Source: a virus. Taken from it: a stretch of 64,000 nt of DNA. The number at the start of each line of letters is the position of its first letter. Within the stretch, counting starts at the first letter, position 1. The stretch lies in IMG/VR virus record IMGVR_UViG_3300045988_167582; one strand, 5' to 3'. Below the pieces are notes generated by a model that was not told where the DNA came from, did no database searches, and saw nothing but the letters and a program-made list of their open reading frames with translations. Shown here in pieces: positions 1 to 9,527 of the stretch. The translations under genes and the position numbers were made by a program.

Positions 1-1
1 C

Positions 2-130
2 AATGCTCATATGAGTTGCTGGGATGGTAACACAAGTGTCGGAAACGCATACGAGCAATTCCCGTTTGCATGGTTACTTCATGTAGCTGACGAGTCAGCG
101 ACCTATATCAAGGAGGGAAAGGTAAACTAA
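2..130 (+). CDS. 3' end of an upstream CDS (last 42 codons; product unknown)
   Basis: Open frame from window edge to TAA 128-130. The stop overlaps the next ATG (TAATG). Confidence 0.4.
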   Translation, partial: NAHMSCWDGNTSVGNAYEQFPFAWLLHVADESATYIKEGKVN

Positions 131-825
131 TGGCAGGACAGTTAAATCTGGTTCAGAAACTTGCGAAAATTCGAGCAATTTCTGATGTGGTATCCAAAGA
201 AAAGCGTGGCTACAACTACACATATGCGGATATTACGACCATTCTGGCGAATATTACAGCCGGAATGAAGAAGTATGGCGTGTCGTTAATCCCGTCGGTT
301 GTACCGGGAACGGCAGAGGTTTCTCAGAATGTGGTTACAAACACGAAGTTTGATAAGACCGGCAAGGCTTATGATAATACCGCGACAGAGATGTTGGTAA
401 AGGCAGAAATGGTTTTCAAATGGGTAAACGATGAGAACCCAGAGGAATTTATTGAGGTTCCGTGGTTTGTAACTGGTTCACAGACAGACCCCTCGCAAGC
501 ATTTGGTTCCGGACTGACCTATTGTACGAGATATTTTCTCTGCAATTATTTTCAGATTGCGCAGTCGGATTCAGATGTTGATACATATCGCAGCAAACAG
601 AAAGCTGCAGAAGAGTCTGAGGAAAAGGCTATCGCCGAAGAAATCATCAATGGTTTTGATATGCTTGTAAAACAGTTTCTTGCGGACAACTCCGATAAGG
701 TCGATGAGGTTAAAAAGTTTATTTCCAAATACGCTAAGAACGCTAATTACCTTGCTATCAAAGAGCCGATGCTTGCGTCTAAGCTACTTGCTGATTTCAA
801 GGCAAAATACAAAGTGGAGGGTTGA
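130..825 (+). CDS. ERF-family single-strand annealing protein
   Basis: N-terminal YNYTYADITTIL and central GSGLTYCTRYFL...SDSDVDT resemble the ERF core. Followed by SSB and a nuclease. Confidence 0.7.
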   Translation: MAGQLNLVQKLAKIRAISDVVSKEKRGYNYTYADITTILANITAGMKKYGVSLIPSVVPGTAEVSQNVVTNTKFDKTGKAYDNTATEMLVKAEMVFKWVNDENPEEFIEVPWFVTGSQTDPSQAFGSGLTYCTRYFLCNYFQIAQSDSDVDTYRSKQKAAEESEEKAIAEEIINGFDMLVKQFLADNSDKVDEVKKFISKYAKNANYLAIKEPMLASKLLADFKAKYKVEG

Positions 826-1211
826 TTATGGGTTTTCGTAAAGAGGCATTTGCAACAATTTGGTCAGTAGAGTCCACATCGGATACGCTTACTAAGGCAA
901 GGATTTCTATCAGTCGTAAGAACAAGCAGACCGGTGAATACGATACCGACTTCAGTGGTTTTGTAAGTTTCGTTGGTACTGCAGCGGCAATAAAGGCTGC
1001 TGGTCTTAAAGAAAAAGACCGTATTCGTCTCGGAGATGTGGATGTTACTAACAAGTATGTCAAAGAGAAGAACATCACCTATACAAACTACAAGATTTTC
1101 AGTTTTGCAACGCAGAATGAGATTGATGGAACGTCGAGAAATACTGAATCTCCTGAGCCGAAGAAACCGGTTGACGACGGTGAGATTGACGACGACCGCC
1201 TGCCATTTTAG
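822..1211 (+). CDS. ssb: Single-stranded DNA-binding protein (OB fold, acidic tail)
   Basis: C-terminus DDGEIDDDRLPF matches the SSB acidic DDD(I/L)PF tail. Lies in the recombination module. Confidence 0.7.
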   Translation: MIMGFRKEAFATIWSVESTSDTLTKARISISRKNKQTGEYDTDFSGFVSFVGTAAAIKAAGLKEKDRIRLGDVDVTNKYVKEKNITYTNYKIFSFATQNEIDGTSRNTESPEPKKPVDDGEIDDDRLPF

Positions 1212-1220
1212 GGGTGCTGT

Positions 1221-2021
1221 ATGGGAGAAGTAAGCTATAGACCACTCATCGAAGAAATGGTTTGGAGCTATAGCCGAATCGAATCGTTTGAAGACTGCCC
1301 ATATCGATGGTTTTTGAAGTATATTAGCAAGTGTTCGGAAGAACCTAAGTTTTATGCTTCGTTTGGGTCTTTTATGCACAAGCTGATTGAAATGTACTAC
1401 AGAGGGCAACTTACAAAAGAGGATATGCTTACAAAGTATCTTACGGATTTTTCTAAGGAAGTACAAGGCGTGAGACCCTCTGAAAGTATAACAAAAAACT
1501 ACATCAAATGCGGGGCAGAATATCTGAGAAGTTTCAAACCATTCAATTTTGAGATGGTTGATGTTGAGAAAAGAGTCCGGTTCGACATAGACGGTATCCC
1601 GTTTATCGGGTATATTGATTATCTTGGCTTAAAAGACGGGAAATACTACATCGTTGATAATAAGTCACGGAATCTGCAACCCAAAAGTAAAAGGGCAAAG
1701 CCAACAGTCAAAGACAGAGAGCTTGATTCAATGCTTAGACAGCTATACATATACTCTGCGGCGATTAAACAAGAATATGGGGTGTTCCCAGAAGCGCTGT
1801 GCTTTAACTGCTTTAGAACAGGAACATTTATCGAAGAGCCTTTTAATGAAGAGGCATATCATTCGGCTATAGATTGGGTTAAGAACATGGTTGAGGATAT
1901 CAAAAATACGGATGAGTTCTATCCCAATAGAGAATTTTTCTCGTGCTACTATATTTGCGGTGTAAGCGGTGATTGCTGTTATGACCAACAAGCACGGAAG
2001 GAAAGGAGGCTTAAGGTATGA
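1221..2021 (+). CDS. PD-(D/E)XK Cas4/RecB-like exonuclease with Cys cluster
   Basis: One N-terminal Cys (CPYRW), IGYIDYL...IVDNK nuclease motif, QLYIYS, C-terminal CYYICGVSGDCC. Confidence 0.7.
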   Translation: MGEVSYRPLIEEMVWSYSRIESFEDCPYRWFLKYISKCSEEPKFYASFGSFMHKLIEMYYRGQLTKEDMLTKYLTDFSKEVQGVRPSESITKNYIKCGAEYLRSFKPFNFEMVDVEKRVRFDIDGIPFIGYIDYLGLKDGKYYIVDNKSRNLQPKSKRAKPTVKDRELDSMLRQLYIYSAAIKQEYGVFPEALCFNCFRTGTFIEEPFNEEAYHSAIDWVKNMVEDIKNTDEFYPNREFFSCYYICGVSGDCCYDQQARKERRLKV

Positions 2022-3349
2022 TGAGAGCAGAAGATATAAACAGTATTGAAAGTGAATCCGGCATTATTGCTTCGCTGATTCATAATCCAGAGCTTTCATT
2101 CTATTCCGAATACTTACTTCCGAACCATTTCACAAACAAGGAGAATCGGTGTATATACACGGCGATTTGTGACCTCGCCAGAAAGGGTATCACAACGATT
2201 GACCCGTACAATATTATCGAAGACCTGAATTCCTCGGAAGCTACAAGGAAATATGCCGATGAACTTTCTGTGGATAAACTGCAGGAGCTCGTAGAGATGA
2301 GTGATGTTCTCGCGAGAAGTTCAGTAGAAGAATATAAAATGCTTGTCTCGAATGTTATGGATGCGGCATTTCGCAGAGATACATTCCAACGTCTCAAAGA
2401 ATGTCAGGCACTATGCTATGACCGTTCCGAAGAAAATGTAGAACAGAAAATTTATGCAGTCATAGACGATGTTATGACGGAATTCTCAACGGCTAATGAA
2501 GTTCCTCCATACAAGGATGTCATTGATGACTGTTGGGAAGAAATCAAGACGCGACAAGGAAACGGGTTTGCCGGTATTCCGTTTAAGTTTGCAGCTCTTA
2601 ATGAGTATGCAACAATTGAACCCGGTGAACTGTTCATTTTTGCAGCAGAGGCAAAGCAGGGGAAATCAATGATGCTTCTGAATTGCGCTATCGATTTATT
2701 AAAGAAAGACCTCGCCGTTTTATACTTGGATAGCGAGCTCAACACGCGACTGTTTACTGCGAGAGTTCTCGCTCATCTTTCAGGTGTAGAATATAAGCGA
2801 CTTACATCCGGAAATTATACCGAGGAAGAAGCAAACAAGATTGACAAGGCGAGAGAGTGGATGAAAACAAGAAAATTCACGCATATCTACATTCCTATGT
2901 TTGACCAGCAAAGCATTTATACTGCGGTAAAGAAGGTTAAACATACACAGGGACTTGATGTGTTGATTGTTGATTATTTCAAAGGGTCGGGCGACGGTGA
3001 CGCTTTTGATTCCTATCAGGAACTCGGCAGGTTTGTTGATATGGTAAAGAATCAGATTTGTGGCGAGATGGGAATTTGCGGAATCGGAGCTGCACAGGCA
3101 ACTATAAATGGAAGGGTAGCGGATTCAGCCAAAATCGGACGCAACGCCAGTACAATTGCCCTTATACAGGATAAGTCTCCGGAGGAAGTAGAAGCGGACG
3201 GCGCAGAATGCGGAAATAAAAAGTTGCGCGTAATTCTAAATCGAAACGGTATGCAGATGGCGCCCGGAGAATACATAGATTTGCTGTTTGACGGAAATCA
3301 TATTCTTTACAAGGAAGCCAAGCAGCACATCCCACAGAGTCCTTTTTAA
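2018..3349 (+). CDS. dnaB: DnaB-like replicative helicase
   Basis: DnaB-type N-terminal domain (SESGIIASLIHNPE), Walker A AEAKQGKS, RecA-like C-terminal domain. Confidence 0.8.
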   Translation: MMRAEDINSIESESGIIASLIHNPELSFYSEYLLPNHFTNKENRCIYTAICDLARKGITTIDPYNIIEDLNSSEATRKYADELSVDKLQELVEMSDVLARSSVEEYKMLVSNVMDAAFRRDTFQRLKECQALCYDRSEENVEQKIYAVIDDVMTEFSTANEVPPYKDVIDDCWEEIKTRQGNGFAGIPFKFAALNEYATIEPGELFIFAAEAKQGKSMMLLNCAIDLLKKDLAVLYLDSELNTRLFTARVLAHLSGVEYKRLTSGNYTEEEANKIDKAREWMKTRKFTHIYIPMFDQQSIYTAVKKVKHTQGLDVLIVDYFKGSGDGDAFDSYQELGRFVDMVKNQICGEMGICGIGAAQATINGRVADSAKIGRNASTIALIQDKSPEEVEADGAECGNKKLRVILNRNGMQMAPGEYIDLLFDGNHILYKEAKQHIPQSPF

Positions 3350-3391
3350 CAAATCAGCCTAATTAAAAAAATTGCTATCGGAGGTGATGGT

Positions 3392-4375
3392 GTGGAGCTG
3401 GAAGATTTGATTGAATCAATCGATATTGTGGACTACATATCTCAATTTGTTGACCTCGAAGAGAAAAACGGAGAATATTGGGGATTAAGTCCATTTAAGG
3501 ATGAAAAAACACCATCATTCTCCGTTAGGAGAGAAACAAATAGTTTCTATGATTTTTCAAGTGGTATTGGTGGCAATGTTTTCACATTTGTGAGGTTTTA
3601 CAATCATTGCACAAACGCCGAAGCGGTAAGCATTCTCAAAACGTTTGCTGGTTACGACGGTGAAACTGTTGTTCCAAGGAAGAAGATGGCGGCAACATTG
3701 ATTTGCAAACGTTTCAAACCGCAAAAGACACGTAAGAAAACCAGTGGGGGAACAATTTACCCCGATAACTGTATGGAGAAGTATGAAAAGCGCGAAGATA
3801 AGCTCGCTGTATGGGAGAACGAAGGCATTTCAAAAGAATCTTTGGATAAATATCAAGTGTATTATGATAGCTTCTCAGATAGACTTGTTTACCCTATACG
3901 AAATATCTCCGGAAGGATTGTAAACATCGGTGGAAGAACGCTTGACCCGAAATGGAAAGAAAAGAAATTGCGGAAATATACCTACTTTTCGGGCTGGGGA
4001 GAGATGGATGTAATCTATGGTCTTTTTGAAAACATGGATGCCATTCTTTCTGCACACGAAGTTATCCTTTTTGAAGGCTGCAAATCCGTGCTCTTAGCGA
4101 ATACTTGGGGTATTCACAATACAGGAGCTCTTCTGACCTCTCACCTCAATCCGCAGCAGTTGAAAATACTTGTGCGACTTGGTGTCAGAGTTGTATTTGC
4201 TCTTGATAAAGATGTTAGGGTAAGAGATGACCATAATATCAGCAAGTTAAAGCAGTATGTAAACACCTTTTATCTCTGGGATAAAGAAGATTTGCTTGAC
4301 GAGAAAGACGCGCCTGTAGATAAAGGGCAAGAGGTTTTCCAGATACTGTATGAGCAGCGTTTGAGATATAGGTAG
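3392..4375 (+). CDS. DnaG-like primase (Toprim) with degenerate zinc finger
   Basis: GTG start. SPFKDEKTPSFSV...FYDFSSG aligns to the CHC2 finger with all ligands replaced. Toprim ILFEG and ALDKD. Confidence 0.7.
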   Translation: MELEDLIESIDIVDYISQFVDLEEKNGEYWGLSPFKDEKTPSFSVRRETNSFYDFSSGIGGNVFTFVRFYNHCTNAEAVSILKTFAGYDGETVVPRKKMAATLICKRFKPQKTRKKTSGGTIYPDNCMEKYEKREDKLAVWENEGISKESLDKYQVYYDSFSDRLVYPIRNISGRIVNIGGRTLDPKWKEKKLRKYTYFSGWGEMDVIYGLFENMDAILSAHEVILFEGCKSVLLANTWGIHNTGALLTSHLNPQQLKILVRLGVRVVFALDKDVRVRDDHNISKLKQYVNTFYLWDKEDLLDEKDAPVDKGQEVFQILYEQRLRYR

Positions 4376-4385
4376 GAGAGTGTTT

Positions 4386-4975
4386 ATGGCAAGATTTATT
4401 GACTTAACCAATAATAAGTTCGGAAGATTAGTCGCTATACGCCCAACCGATAAGAGAGGTGCCGACGGAAGCGTTGTATGGGAATGTATGTGTGAATGCG
4501 GAATACTTCTTTACGGTCTGTAAACACACTCAGTTGCGGATGCTATGAAATAGATTTGATAAAAATGTGGATAAAGACAAACGAAATCATCAAATCAATA
4601 GACGGATATTACATAGGAATTACATCTAATACAGGTAATCATTTCCTGTTTGATGAGCAAGATTACAGCATCGTATCAGAACATACTTGGAGAGAGGACG
4701 CATATGGGTACATCGTTACAGACATTGGCAGTAAGCGTTCGGTTAGGCTTCATAGATTACCGCTAAACAACCCAGACAATATTATAGACCACAAGAACGG
4801 AAATCTGAAAGACAACAGGCGGTGTAATCTGCAGCTTGCGGATGCACACACGAACCAAATGAATAGGAAATGCAACTCAAATAGTTTAACTGGTATCAAG
4901 GGAGTTACGTTCAGAAAAGAGCGTAACAACTATTTATATCAGTTTAGCAGGGAGGTGAAAAACAATGGGCAATAA
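4386..4975 (+). pseudogene. HNH (HNH_3/AP2-type) homing endonuclease, split by a frameshift near 4500
   Basis: ORF 4386-4523 (MARFIDLTNNKFGRLVAI...WECMCECG) stops. The frame 1 nt back continues NTSLRSVNTLSCGC...IDHKNGNLKDNRRCNLQL (HNH). Confidence 0.6.
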
Positions 4976-7900
4976 AAGCTATATACCATATCATATGCAC
5001 ACGGAGTATAGTCTGATAGATAGTTGCTCTAAGTATCCAGAATACATCGAACTTGCCGTCAGAGATGGAGCTAAGGCAATATCTTTCAGCGAACATTCAA
5101 AGCCATTAAATTGGTGCGAAAAATGGAACGCCTGCAAACAAGCGGGAATACGATATATTCATTCAGTTGAGATATATCTGACGGAATCGCTCAAGGAGAA
5201 AGTTCGTGACAATTACCATACCGTCCTTATGGCACGGAATATGGAAGGGCTTCGTGAGCTGAACGCACTCGTAAGTTTGTCGTGTGACAAAGACCACTTT
5301 TACTATACCAATAGGCTCTCATTCGATGAGTTCCTCGGTATTTCAAAGAATATTATTACCACAAGCGCTTGCTTGGCTTCCCCGCTTAATAAGTTAGACG
5401 AGAGCCACCCACGGTATATGGAGTTAGCGAGAAAGTATGACTTTCTCGAAGTACAGGCGCACAATCATCCAGAACAGATTGAGTTCAACAAAAGGCTTGT
5501 GAAACTCGCAAAGCAGCTTGGGAAACCGCTTATTGCCGGAACAGACACGCATAGTTCCAGCAAATACAAAGCGGAGTGCAGAGCGGTTCTTTTGGCGGCA
5601 AAGCATAAGTCATACGGCGACGAAGACGCCTTTGATTTGACATATAAAACATACGATGAACTCGTAGAAATGTTCCGGACGCAGGGAGCCCTGACAGAGA
5701 ATGAGTACTTAGAAGCGATTGAAAACACGAATCGGCTTTACGACATGACAGAAGATATCGAGTTGGACACATCTATTAAGTACCCCATCCTATATGGTAC
5801 AAGAGAGGCGGACTCGGAGAAGTTCACAGAAACGGTCGAAAGAAAATTCAAAGAGAAGCTCGAAACCGGCATAATTCCGGCAAGTCAAGAGGCTGCGTTC
5901 CGTACCGCAATCGAGGAGGAAATGCGAGTTTTCCGAAAACTTAAAATGGATGGATTTATGCTCTCGATGTCTGAACTGATTAGTTGGTGCAAAGAGCAGG
6001 GAATGGCAATTGGTACGGCGAGAGGTTCGGTCGGCGGTTCCAGAGTGGCGTATATCACTGATATCATCGACTTGAATCCGGAAACTTGGCAAACTGTTTT
6101 CTCGAGATTCTGTAATGAAGACCGTGTTGAAATCGGAGACATCGATATAGACTGCGTTGAATCTGACAGACCCGCAATTTTCAAACACATTACAGACCGA
6201 TTCGGGAAGGACAAAACGGCGCGAGTTGCATCCTTTGGCACAATGCAATCAAAAGGAGTGATTGATGACGTTGGGCGAAGTCTCGCTATCAAATGGGAGA
6301 AATCGAACCCCGGCAGACCAAACGGGGATAACCCTTGGTCATTATCCAATGTTGCTCGTATCAAAACCGAGTTCGAGGCGAATGAAGATAAGACGAAGAA
6401 GAAATACCCTGAGCTGTTCTACTATTATGATGGCTTAATTGATACGAAAATTTCGCAGTCGGTACATCCGGCTGGTATGGTCATCAGCCCAATTACACTC
6501 GTCGATAATTTCGGTGTCTTTGATAAAGACGACGAGAACTGCTTAATGTTGGATATGGAAAACATTCACGACTTCACAGGGCTCGCAAAATACGACTTCC
6601 TTATCCTAAAGACCGTGCAAGTGATTCGCGATACCTGTCGATATCTGAATAAACCATATCCTAAGACGCACGAAATCGACTGGAATGATAAAGAAGTATG
6701 GGCAGATATGATTCGCAACCCATCAGGCATATTCCAGTTTGAAGGAGCATTTGCTTTCGAGAGCTTAAAGAAATTTGTGCCTCAAAGCATTTTCGATATG
6801 TCAATCGTTACAGCTTGTATTAGACCATCCGGTTCTTCATATAGAGATGTCCTCCTTGCAAGGCAAGTACATAAGAACCCGTCGGAAATGATTGATGATT
6901 TGCTCCGAGATAATCTCGGGTATCTGATTTACCAAGAAGATACAATTAAGTTTCTTCAGCAGATTTGCGGTTTGTCTGGAAGTGAAGCTGACAACATCAG
7001 ACGAGCAATCGGACGAAAGCAAAAGGAAAGACTGGACAAGGCTATGCCGTCCATTCTTGAAGGGTACTGCAATAAATCTCCAAAACCAAGGGCTGAAGCA
7101 GAGCAAGAGGCAAAAGAGTTTCTTCAGATTATTGAGGACAGTGCCAGTTATCAGTTCGGCTACAATCACTCCGTAGCTTATTGCCTTCTCGGTTATTTGT
7201 GTGCTTACTACCGGTATTACCACCCGATTGAGTTTATCACTTCATTTCTTAACAACGCTGCTAACGAAGACGACATTCGCAATGGTACGGCATATGCAAA
7301 TCGGGTCGGCATTAAAATCACGATGCCAAAGTGGGGTCTATCTAAGAGTGAATACTTCTTTGATAAAGATAAAAACATTATTGCCAAAGGGCTTTCCTCT
7401 ATCAAATATATGAGTTCAGGGATTGCCGAAGAATTGTATGGTCTTGCACACGAAAAATCACATTGCAGATTTGTTGATGTTCTTCGAGACCTTGACCAAA
7501 AGACATCGCTTAACACAAGACAGCTTGATATTTTGATTAAGATAGATTTCTTCTCCGATTTTGGAAATCAGAGAGAACTACTGCGAATTACGGATTTGTA
7601 TTACGAGACATTTAAGAGAGGTCAGGCAAAGAAAATTAGTAAGGATAAGGTTGACGGTACGCCTCTTGAAGCAATCGTAAGTAAATATGCTGTCGGTGTT
7701 ACAAAGTCAGGGGGAGTAGCTAAGAGCTATACATTGCTGGATATCGACTCTATTTTGAACGAGGCAGAAGACGCAGTAATGGCATTACATATGGACGACC
7801 TGAGCGACCTACTTAAAGTAAGAAACTTCGCTGATGTTATGGGCTATGTGGGATATGTTTCAGGTAAGGAAGAAGACCGCAGAAAACTTTATATTCTTGA

Positions 7901-8111
7901 TGTGTATCCCTTGGTTCGTCGGAAAGACAATAAGCAATTCGGGTACTCCGTCATTACTAAATCTATAGGAAGCGGGAAAGAAGGAAGATTCACTGTGGTG
8001 AATAAGCTATATGACGAAACACCGATTAGTAAAGGAGATATTGTCTACTGTAAAAGCTTTGAGCGAAACGGGCAGTATTTCAGACTTACCGGTTATGACA
8101 AAGTCTATTAA
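4965..8111 (+). CDS. dnaE: DNA polymerase III alpha subunit (DnaE-type, PHP domain)
   Basis: PHP motif YIPYHMHTEYSLIDS, 1048 aa, polymerase core and C-terminal OB-like region. Confidence 0.85.
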   Translation: MGNKSYIPYHMHTEYSLIDSCSKYPEYIELAVRDGAKAISFSEHSKPLNWCEKWNACKQAGIRYIHSVEIYLTESLKEKVRDNYHTVLMARNMEGLRELNALVSLSCDKDHFYYTNRLSFDEFLGISKNIITTSACLASPLNKLDESHPRYMELARKYDFLEVQAHNHPEQIEFNKRLVKLAKQLGKPLIAGTDTHSSSKYKAECRAVLLAAKHKSYGDEDAFDLTYKTYDELVEMFRTQGALTENEYLEAIENTNRLYDMTEDIELDTSIKYPILYGTREADSEKFTETVERKFKEKLETGIIPASQEAAFRTAIEEEMRVFRKLKMDGFMLSMSELISWCKEQGMAIGTARGSVGGSRVAYITDIIDLNPETWQTVFSRFCNEDRVEIGDIDIDCVESDRPAIFKHITDRFGKDKTARVASFGTMQSKGVIDDVGRSLAIKWEKSNPGRPNGDNPWSLSNVARIKTEFEANEDKTKKKYPELFYYYDGLIDTKISQSVHPAGMVISPITLVDNFGVFDKDDENCLMLDMENIHDFTGLAKYDFLILKTVQVIRDTCRYLNKPYPKTHEIDWNDKEVWADMIRNPSGIFQFEGAFAFESLKKFVPQSIFDMSIVTACIRPSGSSYRDVLLARQVHKNPSEMIDDLLRDNLGYLIYQEDTIKFLQQICGLSGSEADNIRRAIGRKQKERLDKAMPSILEGYCNKSPKPRAEAEQEAKEFLQIIEDSASYQFGYNHSVAYCLLGYLCAYYRYYHPIEFITSFLNNAANEDDIRNGTAYANRVGIKITMPKWGLSKSEYFFDKDKNIIAKGLSSIKYMSSGIAEELYGLAHEKSHCRFVDVLRDLDQKTSLNTRQLDILIKIDFFSDFGNQRELLRITDLYYETFKRGQAKKISKDKVDGTPLEAIVSKYAVGVTKSGGVAKSYTLLDIDSILNEAEDAVMALHMDDLSDLLKVRNFADVMGYVGYVSGKEEDRRKLYILDVYPLVRRKDNKQFGYSVITKSIGSGKEGRFTVVNKLYDETPISKGDIVYCKSFERNGQYFRLTGYDKVY

Positions 8112-8123
8112 AAGGAGTTAGCG

Positions 8124-8546
8124 ATGGACAAATTAACATATGATTCACTTGCTGAGGTTTTCAAGCAATGCCACAGTAAACCGAATTATGCAGCCGGAAT
8201 TTTCATTCCGGATTATAGACGCCAAAAAGAGTTTGCAGATGAAATGATGCAACTGATACGTTCAGATGCACTTCGCGGAGCGAGGATTTGCAACAACCCA
8301 TACGTTCAGATGCACTTCCCAATTGATTTTACATCAAAGATTCTTTTTGAAAATGGTAGCTACATTACAACCAATGTATACGACAGCGACGTTAAATTTA
8401 ATTCTCTGCTTTACGATGGCTTGTGTGTATCCGATGAGACATTAAAGAATCTCGACGCAACCGTGGTGCCATATGGTTGGTTTGCAAGTGACACCGAAGA
8501 TGAGAGCTCATTAAACGATTTCCTTAGTAGTTTCAAAATCACATAA
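8124..8546 (+). CDS. Hypothetical protein
   Basis: ORF with SD (AAGGAG) 7 nt upstream. No recognisable motif. Confidence 0.5.
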   Translation: MDKLTYDSLAEVFKQCHSKPNYAAGIFIPDYRRQKEFADEMMQLIRSDALRGARICNNPYVQMHFPIDFTSKILFENGSYITTNVYDSDVKFNSLLYDGLCVSDETLKNLDATVVPYGWFASDTEDESSLNDFLSSFKIT

Positions 8547-8597
8547 AAGTGTTTATAAAACTACGCTTTTATATTCGTATAGAAAGGAGGACGGTTA

Positions 8598-8795
8598 ATG
8601 GCTAAAGAAATCATTTGCAATAAATGCGGAAAGAAATTTGATTTCTGGGACACTCAGGAGGACTTCTCGATTGAGAGAAGCTTGGGTTACGGAACGAAAT
8701 ATGATGGTTCAACCCTTGAACTCGACCTGTGTTGCGAATGCATGGAGAAGCTCATTGAAGAGTGCGTTATTTCTCCAATATCAGATAATACATAA
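8598..8795 (+). CDS. Small zinc-ribbon-like protein
   Basis: CNKCG...CCEC Cys pairs. SD AAGGAGG upstream. Confidence 0.5.
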   Translation: MAKEIICNKCGKKFDFWDTQEDFSIERSLGYGTKYDGSTLELDLCCECMEKLIEECVISPISDNT

Positions 8796-8807
8796 AACAA
8801 ATCAAAA

Positions 8808-9482
8808 ATGGAAGGAGGCGATTTTATCAAGTCAAGTACTCGATATAATATTGCTGCATTGGGCGTGGTAATTCTTCTTGTCTTACTTGCTTCGAGAGTT
8901 TTAGCAGATAAAAGGCGGCTTGCTGCGGATACATCCACATTTGAAACATATTCCGAAACAACAATTATTTCTGATTGCTCTTCGGAGCCGGGAACCGAGA
9001 CGGAAGAAATCCAGCCCACCACAGAAACAACGAGCGCTACCAATGCGAACGCCACCACAACTAACTCGGAGAGCGATAAGCACACCGTTATTTACTATAC
9101 AGACAATGACGCAGTTGACATAGCGAAAGTTTTATACAGGGAATGCCGAGGTGTCCCGAGCGTTACCGAGCAGGCGTGTGTAGCGTGGACAATTCTAAAT
9201 AGAGTTGATAACAATAATGCATCCATCCACGATGTTGTTTCGTCACCGCATCAGTTTGCGTTTTCTGAAAACACACCAGTTGATGAAACGCTCCTGAACC
9301 TTGCTTATGATGTTCTTGAACGTTGGAATAGTGAGAAAAACGGTGAAACTAATGTTGGCAGAGTCTTGCCGGAGTCTTATCTCTGGTTTGAAGGACACAG
9401 CGGTCACAACTATTTTAGGAACCGATATGACGGCGATTTTACCGTATGGAGCTATTCTTTAGAAAGCCCATATGAAAGTTAA
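8808..9482 (+). CDS. SleB-type cell-wall hydrolase with N-terminal membrane anchor
   Basis: TM segment ALGVVILLVLLA, Thr/Glu-rich linker, then LYRECRGVP...ACVAWTILNRV...SPHQFAF (Hydrolase_2-like). Confidence 0.6.
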   Translation: MEGGDFIKSSTRYNIAALGVVILLVLLASRVLADKRRLAADTSTFETYSETTIISDCSSEPGTETEEIQPTTETTSATNANATTTNSESDKHTVIYYTDNDAVDIAKVLYRECRGVPSVTEQACVAWTILNRVDNNNASIHDVVSSPHQFAFSENTPVDETLLNLAYDVLERWNSEKNGETNVGRVLPESYLWFEGHSGHNYFRNRYDGDFTVWSYSLESPYES

Positions 9483-9527
9483 CCTGCCGTATCAAGATAA
9501 TTAAAAAATATGCAAAGGAGCTAATAT

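Noticed and set aside
864-1466. 200-aa antisense ORF, and many similar opposite-strand or alternate-frame ORFs in the track (e.g. 5790-6248, 5885-6364, 6837-7223, 13880-14257, 35483-35767, 41141-41608, 45335-45757)
   Set aside because: Each lies wholly inside a longer, motif-supported CDS on the other strand or frame. They have no SD and a low-complexity or odd composition, so they are shadow ORFs.
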